This document shows positions 27,227-39,009 of a DNA stretch of 64,000 bases, piece after piece. The position numbers and the translations under genes were made by a program. The notes under the pieces are model-generated. The model saw only the letters and a program-made list of their open reading frames with translations, made no database searches and was not told where the DNA came from. The DNA is from Octopus sinensis (taxonomy: Eukaryota): contig NC_043024.1 of the NCBI RefSeq assembly GCF_006345805.1, forward strand, positions 3,410,001 through 3,474,000, in the 5' to 3' direction. Within the stretch, counting starts at the first letter, position 1; every line of letters begins with the position of its first letter.

Positions 27227-28416
27227 TGTGAGTGTGTGTGTGTGTGTGTGTATATATACAGCACAAGATATCTGTTAAAACGAGCCACCTGTTTTTCTCC
27301 CTGTCTAACCTCTCCTCACCTGGCACAAAATCATCTCTATCAATACTACTCCCTCCCTCAGTTGAGGGATCTTTGTCTTGCAAGTGACTTGGTGGCACCT
27401 CACTAGTGCTGGTGCCACATAAAAAGCACGCAGTCCACTCTTTAAACTGGTTGCCATCCAGTCATAAAAACCATGCCAAAGTAGACAGTGGAGCTTGGCA
27501 TAGTCCTCTGACTTACCAGCTCCTGTTAAATTCTCCAACCCATGCCAGCTTGGAAGACAGATGTTAAGTAATGATATATATAATTTCATGTGTGTGTGTG
27601 TTTGTGTGTATATATATATCTATGAATATCGACACACACGCACATATATATATCTTTTACTTGTATCAGTCATTAGGCTTCAGCCATGCTGAAGCACCAT
27701 CTTGACTTTTTAGTCAAATGAATCGATCTACAGTACTTATTTTCTCTATTGGTCTCTTTTGCCAAACTGCTAAGTTACAGGGACATAAACACCAACACCG
27801 ATTGTCAAGTGATGATGGGGTGGGGTGGGAGCACACACCGACACACTTACACATAGATATATATATATATATATAGAGACGACAGGCTTCTTTCAGTTTC
27901 TGTCTACCTGATCCACTTACAAGGCTTTGGTTGGCCCATGGCTAGAGTAGAAGACACCAGCCCAAGGTGTCACGCAGTGGGACTGAACCTCGTACCATGT
28001 GGTCGGGAAGCAAGCTTCTTACCACCACCACCAGCCCTCTTCCACATGCACATACAAACTCTCTTATACACACACATGTGCACCTTCGTTTTAGGATCAC
28101 CACTACTTTATTATCTCCCCTTCTCCCTAGCTCTCCTGTGTGACCCTTCTGTCCAGTATTTGCCATGTTAGATCACTAGCCTCTACACATTCTTTATTTT
28201 CTCTCCTTGCTTCTTTTTGTGTTCCTTTCTGTGGAAGAGTGTAGGCTCGAAATGTTAAAGACTTTTTCACTTATCGAGCGTTATACTAATACATCTGTTT
28301 GTTGTCTACACTACCTGTCTTCGTCTTTTTTTTTTGTGAATTCTCCCTATATATATATACACACCTATATATATATATACACACCTATATATATACACCC
28401 CTATCTTACTTTGTAT

Positions 28417-28458
<42 letters not shown>

Positions 28459-28491
28459 ACACACCTATATATATACACCCCTATCTTACTT

Positions 28492-28543
<52 letters not shown>

Positions 28544-28739
28544 AAGTAAGATAGGGGTTATGAAGGTAACCCACTATGGGATATCAGTTATCCAATATAC
28601 TGCTGGTAAAGTACCGAAATACTAAATACAATGTGATATATTGTTCAATGTTGTTCTCCATGTTTTTTTGCACATGTGATTAATATGTACGATTTGCCTA
28701 TGTGTGTTTATGTATATATATTTTATATGTATATATGTT

Positions 28740-28796
<57 letters not shown>

Positions 28797-28904
28797 ATTT
28801 TGAGTATCTATCTTATCATTTATTTTTTTTTGCTCTTATTGGATAGTATGAGAAGCAGGTTTTTATATATCAATATTATTATTATAATTTTATAGTTATG
28901 TATA

Positions 28905-29036
28905 TCCTCTGATGAGGCCTTTGGTTATTTAAACAGACAAATATAATCTTTAATGCCTAAGACTATACTACAATGGCATATATGGGCAATTTAAGTTGGA
29001 TTGTCTCTTGACCATAGGCTGAAACAGCTGTAAGGA
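28905..29036 (+). ncRNA. Type-I hammerhead ribozyme motif (COQ4 intron 1, antisense to host)
   Basis: tcct-CTGATGA-ggcct...aggct-GAAA-C AGCT G-TA|agga. Confidence 0.8.
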
Positions 29037-30254
29037 GCAGTTTATTTGTATTATTTTAATTTTATTATTAATTTGCATATTGATGCATATTGTTTTGTTC
29101 GATTTTCATGTTCCTCTTTGTATAATTAATAAATAATATGAAATTGTAATATCCGTAAGTTGATGATCGAAATGAATTTGTTCCTCCATTTTCTTATTTG
29201 TATATATATATATATATATAAAATAAAATAAAGGATAAAACCGCTAAAGATTTTATCAGTAGTCAGCATTTAATAGAGACCTATTAAGGTGAATTCATAT
29301 ATAGAAATTTAGAATATCAGAAAATACAATTACAATTAAGGGCATAGAAGAGACTATACCTATGCTGAAAATAGACGCCAAATCGTCAAACCACTAAGGT
29401 GGTTTATAATAGTATATTTTATACTATTATAAATCTCTCTCTCCCCATATATACATATACATATCGCCCGCGCATACTCAATGCATGTGTTTTGCTTGTT
29501 GCAATATACCGCTTTGGGGACGAGTCATTCAAAGCACTTGGTGTTAACAACATCTGAAAGTCAAAGACAGGCGAGATAACTCGCTTCCAATCCCATTGAC
29601 GAATACCGATATGTCGCTATTTTTGTTACGTATCAACATCTCGTACGTACACAAAGGCCTTTGTGGACGCGAAACCATTGGTCACTCTATAACCGGACAT
29701 AAGCTTAATCACTTTTAATAATTATATATATGTGCGTGTGTGTGTGTGTAATCGTGGTGATCCGAACGGTAGAGCAGCGACGAATGAAATGCTAATCCGT
29801 ACTTAGTTATCCCCCCTTTGCCTACAAAGTAAACTTTTTCGTTTTTCAGGAATCGATCAAAATAAAGTACCAGCGAAGTACAAGAGTAAATATAATTAGC
29901 TAACTACTCTTTCCTGAAATTTCTGGCTTTGTGCTTATATTAAATCCAATTATTCCTAGATAGCTGCATTCTGATTTATTAAAGGAGCAGTAATTTCTTT
30001 AAGTCGCGAGGCCGCCAACAAGGAAGTTTGTATGTGGTCATTCAGATATACTAGAAATAACAGTCAAATTTCCATTAAATGACACCTTACTTGTTTTAAA
30101 GATGAAAGAAGTCACATTGGATAATGTATTCCTGGATACACTATGTCTAGAATGAAGAAATGGTCGCGGCTGGAACGACTGGAAACATAAGCTTCCAGGG
30201 CGGTGTTTAAAGAAGTAAAAACAACTGTACAAATGAAAACAACATATTATTTAC

Positions 30255-30369
30255 CACAACTGGTGAGTCTTTCATTTTTCAGGTTACGCAGAGTTGTAAA
30301 AGTGTTTATATTTAAATATTTCCGACTGAAAAGTCGGGACGAGAAATAAAGACACAGCGACGACGCCAT
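30255..30369 (-). CDS. COQ4: COQ4 exon 1 (start codon, mitochondrial transit peptide-like)
   Basis: ATG MASSLCLYFSSRLFSRKYLNINTFTTLRNLKNERLTSC, Ser/Arg-rich and acid-poor; G|GTAAAT phase-1 donor fits exon 2; six exons total 900 nt = 299 aa + stop. Confidence 0.72.
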
Positions 30370-30731
30370 TGGGAAGAACAGATGCTGGCCGGTGTAAAGA
30401 TTTCAAGTGACCCTCCATTCAGAATATCCCCCGGTAATCTGAGTCCGGTTTCAAATTACTCTTGCACTGTAATCTAACATCTACGTGCGCGCGTGTACAT
30501 ACATATATGTACATGTGTGTGTACATACGTACATAATATATATATATATATATATTATATAAAAGGGCTTAGTAAAATAAATTACTTTGCCGCATACTGA
30601 ACTCGTTAGAAATAGCAGCTAAAAAAAACTATTTCTAACACTTAAAGAAAACCTCTCTCATATAGTGCTTGCTCAATTCAACCCAAGAAAGTATGAGGGT
30701 AGAGACATTAAAAAATCAAATGCAAAGGTTA

Positions 30732-30788
30732 TTTGAGTACGTACGTTTCAAGATTAGCCAAGTTCGACCCTTCTCTCATCAGCTCAGA
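30732..30788 (-). ncRNA. Type-I hammerhead ribozyme motif, 551-bp repeat copy 1
   Basis: tctgag-CTGATGA-gaga...tctt-GAAA-C GTAC G-TA|ctca. Confidence 0.85.
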
Positions 30789-31282
30789 ATGCCCTTGTTT
30801 GAGTTTGAAAACACTGAAAATGGGAGCATACCCTTTCGGCTTGTTATCGCTTCTGAAGATCTGTTCCCAACTAACAGTGCTAGCTAACTCAAATATGCAA
30901 GAGAAAAATTTCTGTTCTCCCCTTTCCACAGCGTGGGTTAAAATCAGCAAACACTATCCTTTTTTTCGGTAAAATCCAAGACAATTAAGTAGAGAGAGAT
31001 GAATTATAATTTCAACAATTGAGGGTAAAATTAATTAATAATTAATCAATTTCACCAAGTATTCAGTATGCAAAGGACCATTTAAGGCAAATTCAAATTA
31101 TTACATTATATAAAAGGGCTTAGTAAAATAAATTACTTTGCCGCATACTGAACTCGTTAGAAATAGCAGCTAAAAAAAACTATTTCTAACACTTAAAGAA
31201 AACCTCTCTCATATAGTGCTTGCTCAATTCAACCCAAGAAAGTATGAGGGTAGAGACATTAAAAAATCAAATGCAAAGGTTA

Positions 31283-31339
31283 TTTGAGTACGTACGTTTC
31301 AAGATTAGCCAAGTTCGACCCTTCTCTCATCAGCTCAGA
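31283..31339 (-). ncRNA. Type-I hammerhead ribozyme motif, 551-bp repeat copy 2
   Basis: same motif as 30732-30788. Confidence 0.85.
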
Positions 31340-31655
31340 ATGCCCTTGTTTTTTGAAAACACTGAAAATGGGAGCATACCCTTTCGGCTTGTTATCGCTT
31401 CTGAAGATCTGTTCCCAACTAACAGTGCTAGCTAACTCAAATATGCAAGAGAAAAATTTCTGTTCTCCCCTTTCCACCAGCGTGGGTTAAAATCAGCAAA
31501 CACTATCCTTTTTTTCGGTAAAATCCAAGACAATTAAGTAGAGAGAGATGAATTATAATTTCAACAATTGAGGGTAAAATTAATTAATTAATTAATCAAT
31601 TTCACCAAGTATTCAGTATGCAAAGGGACCATTTAAGGCAAATTCAAATTATTAC

Positions 31656-31756
<101 letters not shown>

Positions 31757-31775
31757 CATATATAAAATATATATG

Positions 31776-31809
<34 letters not shown>

Positions 31810-31838
31810 ATATATATAATATATATTATATATTATAT

Positions 31839-31874
<36 letters not shown>

Positions 31875-31956
31875 GGTCCCGGGTTGAGTCGGGGTTAACC
31901 ACAGTAAATAAGGTACTCAATACATAGCAGAGTAAATTAATTTATTTTATAGAAGG

Positions 31957-32007
31957 AGCTTCTACAGGACTAGAACTGTTTCATTCAAAAGAAATCATCA
32001 GGAAGCT
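31957..32007 (-). ncRNA. Type-I hammerhead ribozyme motif, left arm of 307-bp inverted repeat
   Basis: agcttc-CTGATGA-tttc tttt gaat-GAAA-cag ttctagtc ctG-TA|gaagct; 6-bp stem I. Confidence 0.8.
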
Positions 32008-32246
32008 AGTAGACAAGAGTTGTTTTGGCATTTATACATTTAGGCAGGTTTAAATGGGTGGTGGTGGGGGACTTTTTTGGGGGGTAGGCATGGCGCAAAA
32101 CTGTCATTATAAGGGGAGTGGTCAAAGGAATCGGTGGTAAAGTAGATAAAAGAATAAATAAAAGAATAAAAAATAAAAAATAAAAAAATATAAATAGAAA
32201 AATAGGGTTTTAGGCAAGCAGGGAGACTCCCACTTGTGCATCCACA

Positions 32247-33107
32247 TATATATATATATACACATATATACACCCGCATATTCACATATATCTATACATA
32301 TACATACATACCCACACATACATACATATATATATACATACATACACATACATATACACACATATATACATACATATATACATACATATATATATATACA
32401 TACATACACATACATATACACACATATATACATACATATACACATATATATATACACACACCCATGCACGCACACACAGACACACATATACATACACATA
32501 CATACATACATATATGTATACTCACTCGCACAAACATATACAAATGCACATACATGCACACACACACACACACACCCTTACTCTCCCATTTTAATTTTAT
32601 TATTACTACCCCTGTCTATATCTCTATTTTTACTTCCATCTTGACCGGTCAATCGGTCTCAAGGGACGATCCAAAGACTCCGTCCATCCGTCTACTTACC
32701 TACACGAACGCAAGCACCCACCCACGCCCACACACCCACACGCACACACACGTACGTGCCACATCCATACACGCACACATCCACATACACTCACGTACAC
32801 CCACATACACGCACACACACACACACCCCAACACACCCACAGAAGACCAGTCCATGTGTTATATTCATACACGCATACATCTACACACATTCACGTATAT
32901 TCACATACACGCATACACATACATACCTCAACACACTCACAGAAGACCAGTCCATACACATACACCAACCAATATATATACACACATACATACACACACA
33001 CATACACATACATACATATACATACACATATACACATATATATATATACATATATACTCATACACATATACATACACATACCCACTCACACATATATACA
33101 CACACAC

Positions 33108-33140
<33 letters not shown>

Positions 33141-33414
33141 TATATATATATATATAAAAAGGGAAGCTTTATGAAAATATATACACATATACACACATAC
33201 ACATACACATATACATGCGCACACATACACACACACGCGCGCGCATCCACATATACACACAAGTACATACATGCATAAATGTATACATATGTCTACACAC
33301 ATGCACACACATCCACACACACACACATACACATACACACACACACATATATACACATCCATATACACATACACACATACCACATACACAACATACACAC
33401 ACAACATATATATA

Positions 33415-33496
<82 letters not shown>

Positions 33497-33544
33497 CATT
33501 TACACACACATCTACACATATATATATACACATACACATATATA
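32247..33544. repeat. Compound (CA)/(TA)/(CATA) microsatellite block
   Basis: visible low complexity; explains many spurious H/T/Y/I-rich ORFs. Confidence 0.95.
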
Positions 33545-33950
33545 GGCGCAGGAGTGCCTGTGTGGTAAGTAGCTTGTTTACCAATCACATGGTTCCGGGT
33601 TCAGTCCCACTGCGTGGCACCTTGGGCAAGTGTCTTCTACTATAGCCTCGGGCCGACCAAAGCCTTGTGAGTGGATTTGGTAGACGGAAACTGAAAGAAG
33701 CCCGTCGTATATATGCATATATATGTGTGTTTGTGTGCCTGTGTTTGTGTCCCCCTAGCATTGCTTGACAACCGATGCTGGTGTGTTTATGTCCCCGTTA
33801 CTTAGCGGTTCGGCAAAAGAGACCGATAGAATAAGTACTGGGCTTACAAAAGAATAAGTCCCGGGGTCGAGTTGCTCGATTAAAGGCGGTGCTCCAGCAT
33901 GGCCGCAGTCAAATGACTGAAACAAGTAAAAGAGTAAAAGAGTAAAAGAG
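33545..33950 (+). mobile_element. Full-length tRNA-derived SINE, representative of a very abundant family (other copies e.g. 30-175 -, 12520-12850 -, 27650-28030 -, 63705-64000 +)
   Basis: tRNA-like head with A/B-box-like motifs, central microsatellite, LINE-like 3' tail with (GTAAAAGA)n; resembles known octopus tRNA-derived SINEs, family not assigned. Confidence 0.85.
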
Positions 33951-33977
33951 TATACACACACATATACATATACATAC

Positions 33978-34062
<85 letters not shown>

Positions 34063-34329
34063 ATGTGTATTATACACACATATATATATATACACACACA
34101 CATACATATACACACAAGCACATACATGCATAATGTATACATATGTTTATACAAATGCATACACATACACACACTCACGCGCCTCCTTATATACATAAAT
34201 ACATACATGCATACAAACGCACACTCATGTAATAAATAATGAATAATAAATAATAGATATATATACACATGCAGTTACCCTTTGCACAGACGGAAACATA
34301 CATATAAGCATACACGTATATACCCATCT

Positions 34330-34368
<39 letters not shown>

Positions 34369-34619
34369 CATACATATATATGTGGATGTACAAGTGGGAG
34401 TCTCCCTGCTTGCCTAAAACCCTATTTTTCTATTTATATTTTTTTATTTTTTATTTTTTATTCTTTTATTTATTCTTTTATCTACTTTACCACCGATTCC
34501 TTTGACCACTCCCCTTATAATGACAGTTTTGCGCCATGCCTACCCCACAAAAAAGTCCCCCACCACCACCCATTTAAACCTGCCTAAATGTATAAATGCC
34601 AAAACAACTCTTGTCTACT

Positions 34620-34670
34620 AGCTTCCTGATGATTTCTTTTGAATGAAACAGTTCTAGTCCTGTAGAAGCT
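34620..34670 (+). ncRNA. Type-I hammerhead ribozyme motif, right arm of 307-bp inverted repeat
   Basis: reverse complement of 31957-32007. Confidence 0.8.
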
Positions 34671-34685
34671 CCTTCTATAAAATAA

Positions 34686-34720
<35 letters not shown>

Positions 34721-34957
34721 ATATATATATCTATATATATATATATATATATAATATATATATATATATACTAAGCAATTAAGGTTTAGCAACGAATTGC
34801 CTTACCGCACACCGAATTTAGAAATAGCAGTCAAAGAGATTATAGCTATTTCTTCTACTAAAAGGGAGATCTCAGTAAAAACACACCATTTGAAAGGCAA
34901 ACACAAACAGGTAAGAGAGAATGAAATAACGGCAATCTATCATACAGTTTTAAGTCA

Positions 34958-35048
34958 CCTACGGACGTACGTTTCGAGATCAAGTCTTAGGAAAGCGTAA
35001 GAATTAGATAATTCTACCTTACCCAACTTCTTCTCTCATCAGCGCAGG
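34958..35048 (-). ncRNA. Type-I hammerhead ribozyme motif, 585-bp repeat copy 1
   Basis: cctgcg-CTGATGA-gaga...tctc-GAAA-C GTAC G-TC|cgtagg; extended stem II. Confidence 0.88.
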
Positions 35049-35542
35049 ATACAAACAATCATGAATAATTGTATATTGAATTTTGAGATACTAGAAGGCA
35101 CCAACTCAACTCAGTATCAGAGCGAGCTAGAAGCCACAACTAGTATCACCAAATTCAAAGTGTGAATGAAAGTTTGTGTCACCAGCCCCTTCCCACCCGC
35201 GTGTAGCCAAGACAAAGTGCTGTGGTCATTTACTGGGATGAATATGGTTATCAGTAACAATGACGGGTGAAATTAATTAATTTGGAATAATTATCAATTA
35301 CACCAAGTAGTCTTCGGCATGTAAAAGCCTCATTCGAGGAAAATTTAAGTAATACTAAGCAATTAAGGGTTTAGCAACGAATTGCCTTACCGCACACCGA
35401 ATTTAGAAATAGCAGTCAAAGAAATTATAGCTATTTCTTCTACTAAAAGGGAGATCTCAGTAAAAACACAGCATTTGAAAGGCAAACACAAACAGGTAAG
35501 AGAGAATGAAATAACGGCAATCTATCATACAGTTTTAAGTCA

Positions 35543-35634
35543 CCTACGGACGTACGTTTCGAGATCAAGTCTTAGGAAAGCGTAAGAATTAGATAATTCT
35601 ACCTTATCCAAACTTCTTCTCTCATCAGCGCAGG
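35543..35634 (-). ncRNA. Type-I hammerhead ribozyme motif, 585-bp repeat copy 2
   Basis: same core and stems as copy 1. Confidence 0.88.
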
Positions 35635-35963
35635 ATACAAACAATCATGAATGATTGTATATTGAATTTTGAGATACTAGAAGGCACCAACTCAACTCAG
35701 TATCAGAGCGAGCTAGAAGCCACAACTAGTATTAATTAATTTCACCCTTCATTGTTACTGATAACCATATTCATCCCAGTAAATGACCACAGCACTTTGT
35801 CTTGGCTACACGCGGGTGGGAAGGGGCTGGTGACACAAACTTTCATTCACACTTTGAATTTGGTGATACTAGTTGTGGCTTCTAGCTCGCTCTGATACTG
35901 AGTTGAGTTGGTGCCTTCTAGTATCTCAAAATTCAATATACAATCATTCATGATTGTTTGTAT

Positions 35964-36055
35964 CCTGCGCTGATGAGAGAAGAAGTTTGGGTAAGGTAGA
36001 ATTATCTAATTCTTACGCTTTCCTAAGACTTGATCTCGAAACGTACGTCCGTAGG
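35964..36055 (+). ncRNA. Type-I hammerhead ribozyme motif, 585-bp repeat inverted copy
   Basis: same core and stems, opposite strand; predicted cleavage after C36049. Confidence 0.88.
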
Positions 36056-36361
36056 TGACTTAAAACTGTATGATAGATTGCCGTTATTTCATTCTCTCTT
36101 ACCTGTTTGTGTTTGCCTTTCAAATGCTGTGTTTTTACTGAGATCTCCCTTTTAGTAGAAGAAATAGCTATAATCTCTTTGACTGCTATTTCTAAATTCG
36201 GTGTGCGGTAAGGCAATTCGTTGCTAAACCCTTAATTGCTTAGTATTACTTAAATTTTCCTCGAATGAGGCTTTTACATGCCGAAGACTACTTGGTGTAA
36301 TTGATAATTATTCCAAATTAATTAATTTCACCCTTCATTGTTACTGATATATATATATATA

Positions 36362-36655
36362 TATCACCGTTACCGTGACCGACCAGGCTATCAGATGTTG
36401 CAACACATCGCTGGTCACAATGCGCTTCGCATTGTTTTAGCCTTCAAATGATGCCATCCCGCTGGCTAAGCTAGCAGGCCAACAGAAGAAAGAGTGAGAG
36501 AAAGTTGTGGCGAAAGAGTACAGCAGAGATCGCCCCCCCCCCTGCCGGAGCATCGTGGAGCTTTAGGTGTTTTCGCTCAATAAACACTCACAATGCCCGG
36601 TCTGGGAATCGAAACCGCGAGTCCGCTGACCTAACCACTGGGCCATTGCACCTCA
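36362..36655 (-). mobile_element. tRNA-derived SINE, second family
   Basis: head ATGGCCCAGTGGTTAGG...GGTTTCGATTCCCAGACC on minus strand. Confidence 0.7.
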
Positions 36656-36667
36656 CACACACACACA

Positions 36668-36723
<56 letters not shown>

Positions 36724-36781
36724 TATATATAATATATATATATATATACTTTATTTTAAGCAGCAGAAAATTCAACAAAAT

Positions 36782-36819
36782 CTGTTACTCTGAGTTTCTC
36801 GTTGCCGTTCATCAGACAG
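36782..36819 (-). ncRNA. Minimal 38-nt type-I hammerhead-like motif
   Basis: ctgt-CTGATGA-a cg gcaa cg a-GAAA-CTCAGAG-TA|acag; A-A mismatch at base of stem II. Confidence 0.6.
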
Positions 36820-36827
36820 TTTTTGCT

Positions 36828-36869
<42 letters not shown>

Positions 36870-36876
<7 letters not shown>

Positions 36877-38480
36877 AGAGAGGGTCCTAGCAAGACCACT
36901 GCGGTCTCTCTTTCAGAGCTTCCTCGCAACTGGCAAACTTCCAAGAAAACTGAAGGAAGGTAAAATATGCCCTATTCATAAAGGAGGTAGCAGAGCGGAG
37001 GCCAAGAACTACAGACCTATCTCTCTCACCTCACACATCAGCAAGGTCATGGAACGAATAGTCAGAAGGAAACTAATCACCTTCCTTGAAGAAAATGACT
37101 TGCTGCCTGACACCCAACATGGTTTCCGACCAGGAAGAAGCTGCTTAACTCAGCTCCTGCAGCGCTATGACTGGGTGCTGAAACGACTGCTCAACCACTC
37201 AAATGTGGAAGTCATATATCTCGACTTTGCAAAGGCCTTTGATAAAGTCGATCATGGAATGATATGTCACAAACTGCGTGATCTTGGCATAGTTGGAAAA
37301 TTGGGAGAATGGCTTCATGACTTTCTGAAGAATAGAAGTCAGGTGGTAGTAGCCAATGGGGACACTTCCATTAACACGCAAATAGTGAGCGGTGTTCCGC
37401 AGGGCACTGTTTTGGGACCACTACTGTTCATAATGGCCCTCTCAGACATGCCCTCAGCCACGCAGAGAGCCACGATCACAAGTTATGCAGATGATACAAA
37501 AGTTTCACAGGCAATACAGAACCCTGAAGACACTAAGTACCTGCAATGTGAGTTGGACAAAATATACAAGTGGGCTGAAAAGAATAGCATGCAGTTCAAT
37601 GCTGAAAAGTTTCAAGCTTTATGCTATCAGCATGCAAAACTGAATGCAATACCCAATGAATACACTGGACCCGGAGGGATTGCAATCCCAGAGGCACAAT
37701 CAGTGCGTGACCTGGGTATTCACATGAGTGATGACGCGACCTTTCATGTACATGTTGCTAAACTGGCAATGAAATGTAGACGGCTGGCCGGATGGATTCT
37801 TAGAACCTTTAGAACAAGAGAACAAGAAACCATGATGGTCCTCTGGAAGACACTTGTCCTAAGCCACTTTGACTATTGCTCTCAGCTATGGTCACCATCC
37901 AGTGTCAAGTTGATCACAGAACTTGAGGCGATCCAACGAAGCTACACGAAGAAGATAGCCTCTGTGCAGCATATAAGCTACTGGGAAAGACTCAAGAGAT
38001 TAAAGCTCTATTCCCTGGAGCGTAGGCGAAAAAGATATGCCATAATATATATCTGGAAGATCCTGGAAGGACTTGTCCCAAACTTTGGCATCGAGAGTCA
38101 CACAAATGCCAGAACCGGGCGCCACTGCGTAGTACCAAGGACTCCAAATTTGCCATCAAGATATAGGACAAGATACTGTGATAGCCTGGGCTTCAGAGGC
38201 CCACAGCTCTTCAATATCCTCCCGAAGAACCTGAGGGACCTGCATGGTGTAGATGCGGATGTCTTTAAATTAGGACTGGATCTCTTCCTGTCAGGTGTCC
38301 CGGATGAACCAACTTCACGGCAGGAGGTGCAGATGAGGGCAGCTGCATCGAACTCTCTCATGCACCAAATGGCAGTTGCTAAAAAGCATTCGTGAGGTAA
38401 AATCATGTAGCAAACCAAATGGCGGTGCCCCAGCATGGCCGCAGCTCATTAGCTGAAACTGGAAAAATCAAAATCAAAAT
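36870..38480 (+). mobile_element. 5'-truncated CR1/L2-group LINE with an uninterrupted RT-containing ORF (37049-38395)
   Basis: NYRPISLTS, YLDFAKAFDKVDH, GVPQGTVLGPLLF, YADD; 3' stem-loop and (AAAATC)n tail. Confidence 0.92.
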
Positions 38481-38678
38481 CAAATATATATACATATATA
38501 ATATATATATATATCGGTTCCATTCTAGCAACGGGAAACTCAGAGTATCAGGTTTTTCTTGAATTTTCTGCTGCTTTAAATAAAGCATATTACTCTACCA
38601 CTGGTATTTGATTACTCTTTTTTGCACCTTGTTTCACATTTATGTGTTTACTCCGGTATATATATATATATATATACT

Positions 38679-38852
38679 ATATAGTGTATATTTATACACA
38701 TAAGGAATCCACACTTAGGGGTATTAAATGGTAAATGTTTTTCATTTCCAAATTTATTCCTGTCGAATTTTATCTATTATTTTTCTGGTTATCTAATGTG
38801 TTGAATCTCACCCTAAGTGTGGATTCCTTATGTGTATAAATATACACTATAT
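38679..38852. mobile_element. MITE with perfect 42-bp inverted ends in (TA)n
   Basis: ATATAGTGTATATTTATACACATAAGGAATCCACACTTAGGG and its exact reverse complement. Confidence 0.75.
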
Positions 38853-38970
38853 CGTATAACTAATATATAGTCTTCTTGACAAAATTTTTTTTTGCACGCT
38901 AGACCACTGGAAATGTAAATTTTGATTGAATATTTTAAATTTAATTAAATTCCATTTCCCTTTTGATATG

Positions 38971-39009
<39 letters not shown>

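Larger units (their letters stand above)
30554..31655 (-). mobile_element. Two head-to-tail 551-bp copies of a hammerhead-bearing repeat (Penelope-like pseudo-LTR or retrozyme-like)
   Basis: near-identical units at a 551-nt period, bordered by (TA)n, no real ORF. Confidence 0.7.
31940..34687. repeat. 307-bp inverted repeat arms (31940-32246 and 34381-34687) around microsatellites and a SINE
   Basis: arms are near-perfect reverse complements, each with a hammerhead motif. Confidence 0.85.
34771..36348. mobile_element. Tandem plus inverted array of a 585-bp hammerhead-bearing repeat (Penelope-like or retrozyme-like)
   Basis: copy 1 34771-35354, partial copy 2 35355-~35731, inverted copy ~35730-36348; (TA)n flanks. 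Confidence 0.7.

Noticed and set aside
29640-29695. Palindrome CACAAAGGCCTTTGTG followed by GAAA-CCATTGG-TC resembling half a hammerhead
   Set aside because: No CUGANGA on either side and no stem I partner.
30038-30232. ORF with a strong phase-1 donor at about 30091 as COQ4 first exon
   Set aside because: No in-frame ATG (stop at 30251-30253). The ATG exon at 30369-30255 gives a coherent transit peptide.
33545-33620. tRNA-like sequences at SINE heads
   Set aside because: They continue into SINE bodies and lack a complete cloverleaf; not called as tRNA genes.
32122-34268. Long ORFs (up to 312 aa) rich in H/T/Y/I/C/V
   Set aside because: Translations of dinucleotide and tetranucleotide microsatellites.
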